64,000 nucleotides of DNA. It comes from Camelus dromedarius. Lineage: Eukaryota. Numbering within the stretch: the stretch's first letter is position 1; every line of letters starts with the position of its first letter. A model generated the notes under the pieces. It was not told the DNA's origin. It searched no databases and saw only the letters and a program-made list of their open reading frames with translations. Positions 13,122-26,069 of the stretch are shown here, one piece after another. The translations under genes and the position numbers were made by a program. The DNA lies in the NCBI RefSeq assembly GCF_036321535.1, contig NC_087447.1:5952001-6016000 (forward strand). Reading direction: 5' to 3'.

Positions 13122-16100
13122 ATGGAAACCCCTGGGGAGCCAGGAGCAGACCCTCTCGGAGCCCCCACCCGAACCAGCTTCTTGCCTGAGCACCCAGAGA
13201 GAGAAAAGTTAGTGAAGTTGGAAGGGTAGCCCGATGGGGCAGGGAGGGACGGCAGAGCAGGGTCTCTCCTGGGGCAAAGGAGGGGGAGAGGGTTAGGTCA
13301 GGGTCCCAGCCTCTGGGCCCCTGCTTAGGTCTTGTGCCCGCCCCTAGGCCAGCCCAGGACCCTCTGTATGATGTGCCTGATGCCAGTGGTAGGCTGGCAG
13401 TTAGGCCCCAGCGGCCCGGGCGCACCGTGAGCCTGCGGGAGCGCCTGCTGCTCACCCGGCCCGTTTGGCTGCAGCTGAGGGCCAACGCCGCGGCTGCACT
13501 GCACGTGCTGAGGACTGAGCCCCCGGGGGTGAGTCTTTCCCCACCCCTGGGTCCTGGCGGCTAAGGGTGGGAGGGAGAGGGGCTGGACACGGAGGTCCTG
13601 ATCCTCTGATCCCTGTCCACTCGCAGACATTCCTGGTGCGGAAATCTAACACTCGCCAGTGCCAAGCCCTGTGCGTGCGGCTGCCAGAGGCCAGTGGCCC
13701 CTCCTTCGTCTCCAGCCACTGCATCCAGGAGAACCCTGGGGGTGAGAGGGACTGGCCTGGCGGGAAGGGGCTGGAAGCCATCCGGGCAGGGCGCAGAGTG
13801 GGTTCCCCAGAGAACGACTTCACTGCCCATCCGTCTCTCAGGCGTCTCCTTGGAGGGCTCAGAACTCGTGTTCCTGGACCTCATCCAGCTCATCTGTGCC
13901 TACTGCCACACCCGGTGAGCCTGCCCACAGGGCACCTGCTGTTCATAGAGCCTTGCTCCCTGGGACACCCTGTCCTCCCCACCTGACAGTCCCTCTCAGT
14001 GCCCGCAGCCTGAAGCATTCTTCACCCCTGACTTACTGCTTCCCTCTCTGGCCTCAGGGACATCCTTCTCCTCCCGCTTCAGCTCCCCAGAGCCATCCGT
14101 CAGGCAGCCACCCACAAGGAGTTGGAAGCCATCTCCCATTTGGGCGTTGGTAAGCATGCCCCTGCTACCCATTGCACAGATAGACAAGCTGAGGCCAAGA
14201 GGGAAGGGGGAGGCATGTAAGCGCACAGCCTGAAGCCTGTACCTTTCCCTCCATCGGGCACCCTTCCTGAACCCCGAGGCCCCAAACGGCTTCTCTTCCC
14301 TAGAGTTCTGGAGCTCTTCCCTCAACACTAAGGCTCAGCTAGGCCCATCTGAAGGTCCACTGCTGCCCCGACTGAAGCCCCGGTCCCCGCAAGAGCTGGA
14401 CCAGGGCACCGGAGCTGCCTTGTGCTTCTTCAACCCCCTGTTCCCAGGGGACCTGGGTCCCACCAAGCGGGAGAAGTTCAAGAGGAGCTTCAAAGTGCGC
14501 GTGTCCACAGAGTCCTCCAGTCCCCTGTCCCCCCCAGCTGTGCCACCTCCCCCAGTCCCAGTGCTGCCAGGGACAGCCCCCAACCAGACAGAAAGTTTGC
14601 CCCCTCGCCAGCTGTTGCGGAGGGAGAGCTCAGTGGGGTACCGTGTGCCTGGGGGCACCGGCCCCAGCCTCCCGCCACTGCCTTCCCTCCAGGAGGTGGA
14701 TTGTGGCTCCCCCAGCAGCTCAGAGGAGGAGGGGGTACCAGGGTCCCAGGGGAGCCCAGCAACCTCACCCTGCCTGGGCCGCCGGCGGCCCCTACTTCGG
14801 TCCATGAGCGCTGCCTTCTGCTCCCTGCTGGCACCTGAACGGCAGGTGGGCCGTGTGGCCTCAGCGCTGATGCAGGACCGGCACACGGCCGTGGGCCAGC
14901 TGGTGCAGGACCTACTGACCCAGGTGCGGGCCAGCCCAGAGCCCCGGGAGCTGCAGGGTGTCCGTGAGGCACTGAGCCGGGCCCGGGCCATGCTGAGTGC
15001 GGAGCTGAGCCCTGAGAAGCTGCTGCCCCATGAACGGCTGGGTAAGGCTCTAGCTCAGAGCTCCGCTGGTGCAGCCTGTCTCCATAATTCCAGCTCTTCC
15101 GCATTCCACTCTCCACCTCTCCACAGTGCCAGCCTGTCTCTCTGAGTCTGTTTCACCGCTTTACAAACCCACCTTGTCTCACCACCATTCACATCAATTC
15201 CATCCACTGCCCGTCTCCCCCAACTCTCCCATGTCACCAAGATTCTTCCTCTTTTCCATCCTTCTCCCTCCCTGGTCATGCCGCTCCTTCCCAAGAACTA
15301 GCCCCCCACCCCCGCCCTGGTTCCCTGACCCCTGCCTGCCTCTCCCCCACAGAACGCATCCTGGAGAAGTCCCTGCATCGCTCTGTGCTCAAGCCTCTCC
15401 GGCCCATCCTGGTGGCCCGCCTACGGCGCCGGCTTTCCGCCAATGGCTCCCTGGGCCGCCTGGCTGAGGGCCTCCGCCTGGCCCGAGCCCAAGGTCCTGG
15501 AGTCTTCGGGTCCCACTTAAGCCTGCCCTCCCCAGTAGAGATGGAACAGGTGCGCCAGAAGCTGCTGCAGCTGCTTCGCGCCTACTCACCCAGCGCCCAG
15601 GTCAAGCGGCTCCTGCAGGCCTGCAAGCTGCTCTACACAGCCCTGAGGACCCAGGCGGGTATGCCCCTCCCTCCACCTCCCTCTGGCCCCCTGCCAGGTC
15701 AGAGGCTGACTACCAAGCAGAAGCTCCAGGAACAGCACAACAGGGAGGAGAAAAAAAACAAAGGGTCCAATCCTCCCGTTTCACAGATGGTAAAACTGTG
15801 GCCCAGAAAGTAGAGCGTCTACTGCCTAGGCCCTGCCCCTAGTTGCCATAGAGACCACATTGCCCAAGTCCTGGCGGGCAGAGGGGAGGGTCAATTTCTA
15901 AGACACATAGTGGATTCTGAGCTTGGGGCCCCCGGAGGAGCCTGAAGCTCCCTCCTCCACTGCCCCACAGGGGAGGGTGCGGGGGCTGATGAGTTCCTCC
16001 CACTGCTGAGCCTCGTCCTGGCCCAGTGTGACCTTCCTGAGCTGCTGCTGGAGGCCGAGTATATGTCAGAGCTGCTGGAGCCTGCCCTGCTCACTGGAGA

Positions 16101-17771
16101 GGGTGAGCGACCCCACACTTCCCTCCTGTCTGGGTGAGGCTGGGGTGCTTTAGTGGCTGCGTGGCCCTGACTAAGCAGGGGAGAGGGAAGAGCAGGCCAC
16201 TCACGCCCAGAGCTGCATTCATCCCCTTGTGTCCCAGGCGGCTACTACCTGACCAGCCTCTCAGCCAGTTTGGCCCTGCTGAGCGGCCTGAACGAGGCTC
16301 ACACCCTCCCTCTGAGCCCCTCCCAGGAGCTGCAGCGCTCCGTCAGTCTCTGGGAGCAGCGCCGCCTGCCCGCTACCCACAGCTGCCAGGTAACAGGAAC
16401 CCACTCCACACTGTCCAGGCCTGGGGAGAGTCTGGCATCGTCTGGTGTATTCCCCTCCTCTGCCCAGTGAGGCCCAGCAGGGGAAGGGCTAGTCCTGTGT
16501 CACCCTGCAACAGAAACAGCTCCCTGTGCTGAACACATATCCAAGCCAGCCCTTCTAGAGGGTGCATTCCAGGAGCCAGCGTGGGCGCAGTGCTCCAGGG
16601 GCTCAGGCCTGGATCTTCGCAGAAACTCTGAAGTAGGATCATTATTATCCCCACTTTACAGATGAGGAAACTGAGACACAACATAGAGAGGGAAAGGGAC
16701 ATAGGCAGGCTCAGGCCCCAAATCCTGGCTTCCAGCTTACGCCCCCCTTGCCCTCCCATCGGGGCTCAGGCCTGGTGTCCACAGAGCCAGAAAGCATCTC
16801 TGCCCTTCACCCTCCCTCCGTCCAGTCAAAGGACCCTCCCTAGCTTTGGGTTAAGAGTCCAGATTTTGTAGCCAGATCTTAGGTCCAAATCCTAACTCTG
16901 CTCTTTTCTGGCTATGGGAGCTTGGGGCAAGTTATGTAACCTCTCTGTGCCTCGGTTTTCTCATCTATAAAATGGGGTGATAGTACCCAACTTCTGGGGG
17001 TAACATTCAGGACAAGCGCTTAAGGCACCGGGTAAGCGCTGAGTGTGATTGTTATGCTGTAACGGTGCGCGGGGGCCATCCTTCCAGCCCAAGCACAGCC
17101 CTCCCGTCCTCAGAGCACCCCCTTGGAGCTCACCTTATCCACAAAGCTTTCACCACTGGTTCTACCAGTGGGTCTGTACCATCCCACCCTTGTTCCTGCA
17201 GAGCGTACACCAGAACCTCAAGCTTTGCAGCCAGATTTGCACCCGGCAGGACTGAGTTCTTGTTTTTGCTTCTCCTCCTGCACAGCACCTCCTCCGAGTA
17301 GCCTACCAGGACCCCAGCAGTGGCTGTACCTCCAAGACCCTGGCCGTGCCCCCAGGGGCCTCGATTGCCACGCTGAACAAGCTCTGTGCCACCAAGTTCC
17401 GAGTAACCCAGCCTGACGCTTTTGGCCTCTTCCTGTACAAGGAACAGGACTACCACCGCCTGCCCCCCGGAGTCCTGGCCCACAGGCTCCCCACAACCGG
17501 CTACCTCGTCTACCGCCTGGCAGAGCGGCCTGAGACCCAGGACACCTCACCTGGGGCTGCAACAGAGGAGGGCAGTGAGGGGCCAGAGGCAGGGGGCAGG
17601 GAGGAAGAGAAAGGGGGCCAGGGAGATGGGAACATTGAGGTCAAAGCTCGTCCCTGGGACAGCAGGGGAGAGTCTGAGACAATTGCAGAGGGGCATGAGG
17701 GCCAGGCCAGGGGAGGCCCTGCTCCACCAAGAGGGCCAGAGGCTGAGGGAAGCCGGGCAACAGAGAAGTAG
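13122..17771 (+). CDS. RIN1: Ras and Rab interactor 1, 786 aa (SH2, proline-rich, VPS9, RA domains). Coding exons 13122-13207, 13348-13528, 13627-13741, 13842-13914, 14058-14149, 14304-15041, 15353-15658, 15971-16102, 16238-16389, 17286-17771
   Basis: METPGEPG...KPAQDPLYDVP (ABL-binding Tyr), SH2 WLQLRANAAAALHVLRTEPPGTFLVRKS, RSMSAAF 14-3-3 site, VPS9 GADEFLPLLSLVL..GEGGYYLTSL, RA HLLRVAYQDP. Ten GT-AG exons in phase, 2361 nt. Confidence 0.96.
16620..17045. mobile_element. Two MIR copies in opposite orientation in RIN1 intron 9 (~16620-16720 minus, ~16840-17045 plus)
   Basis: attattatccccactttacagatgaggaaactgagac; ttggggcaagttatgtaacctctctgtgcctcggttttctcatctataaaatgggg. Confidence 0.8.
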
Positions 17772-17980
17772 CCGGGAGTGAACAGAAGGGCCATTTGGGG
17801 CAGAAAACTCTGAGCCTGCTGGGAAGGCCTTCCAGAGCCATCAGCCCCACCAGCCAAGGCCACCGCCCCCTTAGCCTTCCCTACCCAGGCCACTCCTGTG
17901 TCTGCCACCACCTCTGACTGTCCAGCTCTGTGATCCCACCTGCTGGGAAGTGACTGGACTGGCCACATCTAGGGCACTGG

Positions 17981-17986
17981 AATAAA
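17981..17986 (+). terminator. Polyadenylation signal of RIN1
   Basis: AATAAA 210 nt after the stop. Confidence 0.75.
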
Positions 17987-19884
17987 GCTGAGGGGATACA
18001 GGGGACCCCAGACCAAGGGCCCAAGGCCTTTTGCCTCTCGGCCTTCTCCCCAAGCTGGAGGCCAGCCAGCCTGCAGTGGTGAGTGTGCCCAACAGGGGAC
18101 AAATCCAACGGGGACCCAGACTCTGGCAGCAGGGGAGAGGCACAGCCTAGGCAGCCCTTCCAGGCTCTAAAAGGCACCGCCACTCTTGGGTATCAGGAGG
18201 ATTCAGGGAAGCAGCATGGGCTCAGGGCCCAGTACTGCCCCAGACCACCTGGAGGCTGAGCACCTCCAAACCTCAGTGTCCTCCCCTGTAGAGTGGGGTG
18301 CTTGTGCTGCCCTGCCTTCGCCCAGGAAACCTTCCAGGGGTCCAAGATGGACAATTTTGCTGCTAAGCAGAGCTCAGACTAGGGGAAAGGGGGGGAAGGA
18401 GGTTGGATGTTAGCAACCCCCCCCCCCCACCAGGGTCTGCACTCACCGAAGGGAGAGGTTCTCTAGGCAGCCCAGGGGACATCCTGGAGGTCGTGTCCAG
18501 CCAAGAGAGCACCTGAGTTCCAGTCTTTCCCCAAGATGGGAGGCCCTCCCAAGCACTCTGGTGTCCCAGGGTAACTGGGTAGAGGAGACAGACTTCTGAA
18601 ATGGAGTGAGGACTTGGAAACAATTTTCTCTGCACTTAAATCTTTTGGACCTCACAAGAGCTTCACAGGAGGCAGGGCCTGGCTTATTACCCACTGAGGT
18701 TTGGGAAACTGACTCTAAGATACCACACAGCAGGCCATTAGGTGTTCCCACACCCAAACCAGGAGTCAGGCTCCAACTCTTTGTTCTAAGCCACGGATAA
18801 ATTAACCCTCAAGGCCCACAGACCCCAAAGGGAGGCCAAGAATAGGCCGCATGCCAAGGAGCAAAGAAAATACCGAAAACCACCACAAGGGGGTGCATGT
18901 GGCCCAGGAAGCACCTGATGGGCAAAGGCAGCTCCAGGACGTTAGATGGTCACTGGCTTTGGCCTCTTGCAGCCGCCAGGCACCTGGGGACAGTGCAGGG
19001 GCCAAGGCTGCCGGCCTTCAGCTCTGTGGGAGGCAGGGGTCTGGATGAAGCCAGCTCAGGGGGTTCCCTGGGAAGGAACCATCCCCTGGTGGAAGGAGGA
19101 CTGGACCCCATCCAGCCTCTGAGGTGCCCCCTCAGGGGCTGTGTGCAGAGGAACACCAGCCACATGTGAGCCATGACAACTGGATATCCTGGACGTTGGG
19201 GTTCCAGACACTCCAGATACTGCCCAGGTGCAGGGCTCCCAAATTCCTCACTAGGCCACCAGCAGCTCTTCCTCCCCCATATCTACCACTCAAGCTTCTC
19301 CCTGGTGGGGAGTCTCCCCTTCATTCTTTGTATGTCCTCCCAGAGCCCACGCCCACCCCAGTGCCTTGTACAGTGCTGAGCACACCACAGGCGCTCAATA
19401 AATGTTTTCTACTGATTGGAGTCTGATAACTAAGAGTAAAAGGCAGTGAGGTGGGAAGCTGGGAGGTTAAGGGAGGGCTGAGTTCTGGGAATCAAACACA
19501 GGATGTCTCAAGTTCAGTCTCAGAGGAAAGACCTGGAAGGGTTGCAGGGGGTGTTCAGAGAACCCCAGGGCCGGATATGGAGCTGGTCTCATGAGAACTA
19601 GGACTGGCCCAGGCTTATCTGGGTTCCTGCTAGGGGGCCTTGGCAAGCCCCTCCCACCCATTTCCAGTGCTCAGCCCTCATTCCTGGCTCTGGGAATTCG
19701 TCATGTCCCCAGTGCTGGCTCATCAGAGCACTGCCAGGCCTGCCTGCTGCCTTAATCTTCTGGTTTATCTCCTGAAGAGATTCTGATGGGTGAGGGGTCC
19801 TGGCCAGGTAAATCAGCACAACCAAAGGTCGTGAGATGGAGACTGGGGCTCCCGGTAGAGCAGGCAAGGATAGGCCAGTCTAGG

Positions 19885-20450
19885 ACTGATCTCATTATCC
19901 CCATTTTACAGATGAGGAAACAGGCTTGTTATGAGGCAAAGCACCCAGACCAGATTCCACAGAGCTTTGGATACTTCAGTCCTCCAAAACAGAAGGACCT
20001 GTTTACTCATTCACTCAGCAATAATCTGTTGTGTCCGTATAGACCAAGTACCAGCCAGAGGGTGACAGGTGGGATCTGGGCAATAACGGTCTACTGTGTG
20101 CTTGGCTTGTGTACTGCCTCCCACTCCCACCAATCCTTGCCTCCCACCTCTGGCCTTCTGGAAGAGGAAGTGAAGGCTCTTAGAGGTGCCATGTCTTACC
20201 CAGCGTCCACTGCTCCAGGGCAGGGCTGAAGCCCTGACATTTGGGTCTTTGCAGGAGCAGACAAGTCATTTCCTCACTTGAGAATGTACTTAATCACCTC
20301 ACAGTAGTTCTATGTGTGTTTGTTTATTGTCTGTCTTCTTCACTAGAAGGCCAGAACCAAGTCATCCTTGTTCCCTGATAAGTCCTGGGGGTCTAGAACA
20401 ATGCCTGGCCCAGAACTGACACTTAGGAAGTGTATGTGGAATGACTGACT
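19885..20450. mobile_element. MIR (minus) followed by L2 fragments
   Basis: ctcattatccccattttacagatgaggaaacaggc; ttactcattcactcagcaataatctgttg; L2 3' end ending tagaacaatgcctggcccag...gtggaatgactgact. Confidence 0.6.
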
Positions 20451-20516
20451 CAGGAAGGCAGCCTAAACCATTCATCCGAGTTCTTGGGAAGTGGTGCTGT
20501 GTATTCTCCATCAGTG

Positions 20517-20530
20517 CCACCAGGGGGCGA
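20517..20530 (+). promoter_or_regulatory. CTCF motif (forward)
   Basis: CCACCAGGGGGCGA, 13/14 match to CCASYAGRKGGCRS. Confidence 0.65.
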
Positions 20531-23500
20531 GTGTGCCTGTTCCCAGTCACTTGCCAGGTTTTCTTCTCCCCTGAGGCCACCTAGGGACCCAGGACTGTCC
20601 TGCTAATGGAAGTTGGAAAGGGAATGAGGAAAGGGCCGCTTCCCACTCCGGGGCCCTCTGGCCAGGCAGGCTTAGGAGCCAGGCCTGTAGGGTGGCCTGA
20701 GAGGAGACCTTGCGAGCGGTGAGGAGGAAGGCCGTCACTGAGACCCACAACAGCATCCTGATTCACCTTCAGCACAAAGCGTTTAACATCCTGCCACGGC
20801 CTTGTGACCACGTTCATGCCCACAGCTTAATACACAAACATCCTGACTCATTTACACACAGGGTATGTGATGCCCGGTGTGCCACGGTCAGGCACAGTAA
20901 CACCTGGCCACCACCACACTTAACAGGAACACCCAGAGTGTGAGAAACACCCTGACACTATTAACCATTCATGCCCTGCAGAAATGGGACATGGTGACAC
21001 ACATGGGCCTCTTCGCCTCCGAGCCACACCCTGACACAGACATCTCTAGATCTGCAAACCCTGAGATACTCCCTCAACACCCTCCCCCTGGAGTTCAGAA
21101 TGTAACTCCCTGACACACACATGGGGACAGGCCCACCCAGAGATGTGCAGTGACCTGCTACACGAGGACTCCGTGCACACTGCTACCTGCCCATACCAGA
21201 GTTCTGCGGACACCCCGAGCCCCCGACTTGGTCAGCCTTCCTCCTCTCCACGCTGCACAGACATGGAAGCACAGACACACTCCTGCACCCACAAAGACAT
21301 ACAGCCTTTTTGTATTTTTGATCATGCAGAAGAGGTCCAAACCCTTCTGACGAATCCCAGCCTCAGCCCTAGCCTATCCTTGCTACCACTCTGACACCCC
21401 ACCCCATGGTGGACCCTGGTGGGGGCTGTGAGTTGCTGAGAAGACCCTCGTTGTCGGGGGGGGGGGGGAGGCGACCCCACAGGCCAGGCAGGAGGCCGAG
21501 GCCGGCAGCACTGGGTGGGGAGGCCTGAGCTCATCAGATTCCAGCCTGAGTGATTCACGGGAAGTGCCTGGGGAAGGGGGGAGTGAAAGGACTGGTCCAG
21601 GGGCAGGGGCTTTGGAGGCACGGGTGGGCTTCAGACCAGAGGGCCTTGGGTCCAGAGTAAGCCTCTCATCTGGGAGGGGGCTTCCTGAGGGGGTGGCCCA
21701 GCCTGAAGGGGTATCTGCTGGTTCTGGCTCCTGGGAGGGGCTTAGGACACAGAACTGAGCCTCAGGATGAGACAATAGGCCCCTCCCGCCCACCAGGCCC
21801 AGGGCCTGGGCCCCTGACCCCAGGCCTTCCCGGCCCCAACAGCTGGGTGTCTTTAGCAGGGGTTAGGCCAAGGGTGGGGGGCAGGGGTGGGGTGACCTTC
21901 ACGGCATCATGGCCCCTTAGGCCCTTGGGCAGGCAGCCCGAATGGCCCCCAGAAGCTCTGAGGGGCTGGACCAGCCTGGCCCAGTTGGGGCCGATAGGGT
22001 TACAGACCCTCGCTGCCCTGCCAGGCAAGGCCTCTGCCAGAGAACTGAGAACGCGCCTGTCCCAGCGCCAGGGATGTTTTCTCGCTGAGATGGAGCCCTC
22101 TGCTCCTGCTCCCCCTGGAGCCCTCTGCCTCCCAGGCCAAGCTGATGCTCAGAGGACCCAGCTGCTCCTGCAGGACGACAGGAAGAAAGGATGGGGTTGG
22201 GGGCAGGACAGGGGTGCAGGAAGTGCCTTTCTTGGAACTGTGTACCAAAATAGCCCATTCTGTTCCTACTCTGGGTCTCAGTATCCCACGGGGGAGGGGT
22301 GTGTCACCAAGGAGACCCTCACTGGGGAGGGGCCCAAGCTGACCTCAATCTGGCTTTTGCTCACCACCCTCCCACCCCTCCCACCCCTCGACAGCCCTCA
22401 CCAGCCCCCCTGCCTCGGGCTCTGCTCCACTTTGAAGTCCCAACATAAATATCATGTCTACTTGGGTTCCCCTTCCCGGCCCGGTCACAGCCCCCAGACC
22501 TGGCTCCCACCCCAGCCAGCCCTAAGGGTGCGAGCCGGGGGAGAGGAGGGAGGCCTAGACCACCCAGGGACCCAGGGACAGAGACAGGGAGACAGAGGGG
22601 GCAAGACTTCAGAAACAGAGAGGGGAGACACAGAAGAGGCAGAGAATGGAGACAGACCCCTGAAACCAACAAGGCAACAATCCTGGTGACAGAAGAAGAG
22701 ACAGAGGAACCCCAGAGACAGACAGGGGAGCTAGAGATCCAGACAGAGAGGGAAAAGAGAGGAGCAAGGAGGAAGAGACCCTGCAGTCAGAGGGAAGGAC
22801 AGTGAGACCCAGAGGTCCCTGGGGATTGGAGGCTGTGAGCGGGCTGGAAGAAGAAGACACTGGGCCAGAAGAGAAGGGGAAATTTCCAGCGGGCACTGAG
22901 ACTGGGGTAGCAGTGGAAAGGATGTGGTGGAAAAGAAGCATCCCTGGCGACAGGGTGACCAACCATCCTTGTTTTCCCAGGGCTAAGGGGGTCCCAAGGA
23001 CATGGGACTGGTAGGGCTGAAACCATGAAAGTCCTCAGCAAACCCGGAAGAGTGGGTCACCCTAGGTGGCAGGCCTTTGTCAGACACCACAGGGGTCAGA
23101 GTCCCCTCCCATGGGTACCCCTCACACAGTGCGGAAACCCTGTCCTGAGAAGAGCCAGCCAGGATGTCCCTGGAGCACACAGCCAGGCCAAGCCAGGGCC
23201 CGCATCATGGCCTCTCCACGGAGACTCACAGCCAAAGGGCAGCAGATGGAGGACAGGAACAGTGGGGCCGGGAGGGCACCTATCCAGGCCTGGGATCCCC
23301 AGGCTCGGGTACAGTCTCTGCTCTGCCTCCACCTGTGTGACCTGGGACAAGCCATGTCCCTCTCTGGGCCGAGTGAACCCCGAGGGGAAGGGCTGGGCCC
23401 TTCTAGCTCTGCTGGGGGCTCCAGGATTCCTGGCCTCGTGGGCAGATGTGGCCATATGTTCAGGTCAGGCATCTGCCAGGGGAAGGACTGGGGCTCCAGC

Positions 23501-24595
23501 TGGGCCCAGGTTGGGCAATCCAGGGCAGCCACGTGCTTCTCCCCTCACAGCTGTGGGTACAGGTGCAGGCCCTTGGGGACACATGTCACCCAGCTGTGCA
23601 CACCCACAGCAATGCCAGGCTTGTGCAAACTCACACAGGTGTGCACATGGTCACGCACAGACACTGAGGCACCCCCACGAACACACAGTCTCTCTCACAG
23701 TCCCTCCAGCTGTCAGACTGCTTTACCCCCAGGGGCCAGGCCTGGACGGCTCCCTTTCTTCCTGGGCCCCACCTTCCCCAAGCCTGTCTCTCCTACCCTG
23801 TCCATCCCTCACCGCCCGCCTTCCTGTGGGGCTCTCCCATCCAGAAGCACACAGGGTGCGGCACCAGCACGTGGGGCAGGGGAGGGGACAGTCAACCCCC
23901 TCCCTCCCAGATTCCCCTCCCTCCCCAATCCTGCCCTGGGACCTCTCCCACCTCCTCTCCTGTGGCTCCCACCCAAGGCCAGGCGCCTCCCGCCCACCCG
24001 TTGGCCCTTCCTCCTGAAGCCTGAAGGCTGGGGTGGTTTGGGAAGAATTTAGAAAGGTGGGGGATGGGGACAAAAGAAAAAGGAGGAAGGAGGTGATTTG
24101 TACACAAAACAATGTGCTGGCTCAGCAGCCAGTCGTGCCAAGGCTCTCTAGGACGCCTGTCCGGGGGGCACCCCCCATCACACTCAGCCCCTCCATCCCG
24201 GCTGTTCCACTGGGCCCTCCACAGGCCAGCCCCTCTGCGAGCTGCCCTCACCCCCACCCCCACGGGCCCACACACTGCATCCAAAACCACCATCTGGCTT
24301 ATCCCATAGATGGAAGACAATGTTCCTTCTGGGGAAGTGGGCTTCTGTTTTCACACCCCTCCTGAGGTGAGCTCTCCCTATAAGGGCCATGGTCACAGCA
24401 GGGAACCCCAGTCTCCTAACTCCCAGTATGAGCCAAACATGGCATCCTGAGCTGTCTCCACTCCAGCCAGGGAGACACATTGGCCCCAGGCCCCAACAGA
24501 GAAAACAGGCTGTGTGGTAGCAGGGAAAGGTCACACAGGATCCCTACCAGTGGTGGCCCAAGCTGTCCCATCCTCCTGGGCTGCACTATTGCAGA

Positions 24596-24830
24596 CCATC
24601 CATCATGACGGGGGCTGACTATAAATGAGGACTTCTACCTGAATCTCTGTATCCAACATGCATCTAAACATCTTCTCATCCACACACCCATCCACTTAGC
24701 TGTCCATCCATCTACTTATGCATCCCTACATCCATCCATCTATCCTTCTGTCCACCCATCCATCCATTTACCCATTCTCCTCCCTAACTCACCCTTCCAC
24801 CTACCCATCTACCCACCTATCCTCCAAGCA
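24596..24830. repeat. Degenerate (CCAT)n tetranucleotide repeat
   Basis: ccatccatcatg..catccatccatctacttatgcatccctacatccatccatctatcc..catccatccattt. Confidence 0.75.
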
Positions 24831-26069
24831 TTTATCGCATCAGTCAGCATCTTCTCCATGCTGTGGAGGAACCAAGATGAGTCAGGCTGAACAGGACTCA
24901 TAGGAAGACCCCAACAAGCTCCTCTCTATCCCCTCACCCCCAGATCCATGATGCTGTGCCTGCTACATCCTGACTAGGGTAGGAAATTCTTAGGCAGCTT
25001 CCACCCCATCTCTCTCAACCTGGACTGGGGGCAGGTGAGTGCTAGACACCCACCCAAACTGGGCACCCAGGTGCATCTCCAAGTCTCATTCTCTACCTAC
25101 AAAACACTTAGTCTTGTTGGGATTGGGGTATCTCACTCCTTCCTCTCTTCCTGGCTCAGGCTTCCCTCCTCTTGCCCAGCAGGCCATCTGGAATTTGGCC
25201 TTTGACCCTTCTCCCCCTGCTTTGCTTGCCTGCCCCCCAGTGCCTCACCCCCACTGCTGCTATAGTCCTGACCTCTCATCTGACCCACCCACTTGCCAGA
25301 CGGCCTGCAGCCTCCCCTCAGACGCCCCAGCACTGGCCATTGCCCGAATCATGACTGGGCCCACCACACCCTTGGACCAGGCTCTGGCCCGCCCCTAAGG
25401 AGCCTCCAGAGGCTGCCTCCCCCAGCCTGCCCCGCCCTGCGGCCTGGCTCTCCAGCCAGCTCCCTCCCCTCTCCCAGACTATTGCAACAATCTCCTAACT
25501 GGTCCCTGGACTCCTGTCCCCCCCTCCACCCAACACACAACAGCCCCAGGGTTCTCCCATCAAGCCCCATCCCCAGAGCCCCCATGATGGAGGCCAGCCT
25601 TCCAAGCCAGGCCTCTATCCTTTTCTGCTACTTTCCATTTTCACTGTTCCTCTAACACTTACCCTCCCTCCAGGCCCGGTGGAGTCCTTTGAATTCTCTG
25701 AATTATCTTGAGCTCTCCCGGCTCGCTAACTTGTTTAGGCTGTGCCTTCTTCCTGAAGTGCCTTCCTCCCATCCTCCTTTCTTGACATCACATCCAACTC
25801 CCAGACTGCTCCAATGACCCCTCAGGGCGCTGCAGCAAAAAGAACTAGAAAAAGAGTCCAGAGGCTTGGTTCTTGTCTCAGCCCTGCCACCAACTCACTT
25901 TTGAGACTCCCTGGGCCTCAGTGTACCCACCCACTTGCTGATTTCCAGGGACCTCCCAGTTGTAGGATGTTAGGACTTTGGGGGAAGGCTGGGTGAGTGT
26001 GGGGAGCAGGTGGGCTTTGGCTCCAGGAAGAATCCCAGCACCCCCACTGTGTTGCCCGGAGTCTTATCT

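Noticed and set aside
18800-18811. AATTAACCCTCA, identical to the start of the T3 phage promoter
   Set aside because: Only 12 nt match, the sequence diverges immediately and there is no other vector sequence, so it is a chance match.
21847-22689. 280-aa intergenic ORF
   Set aside because: No ATG at the called start, low-complexity GA-rich C-terminus, no domain similarity and no splice or poly(A) support.
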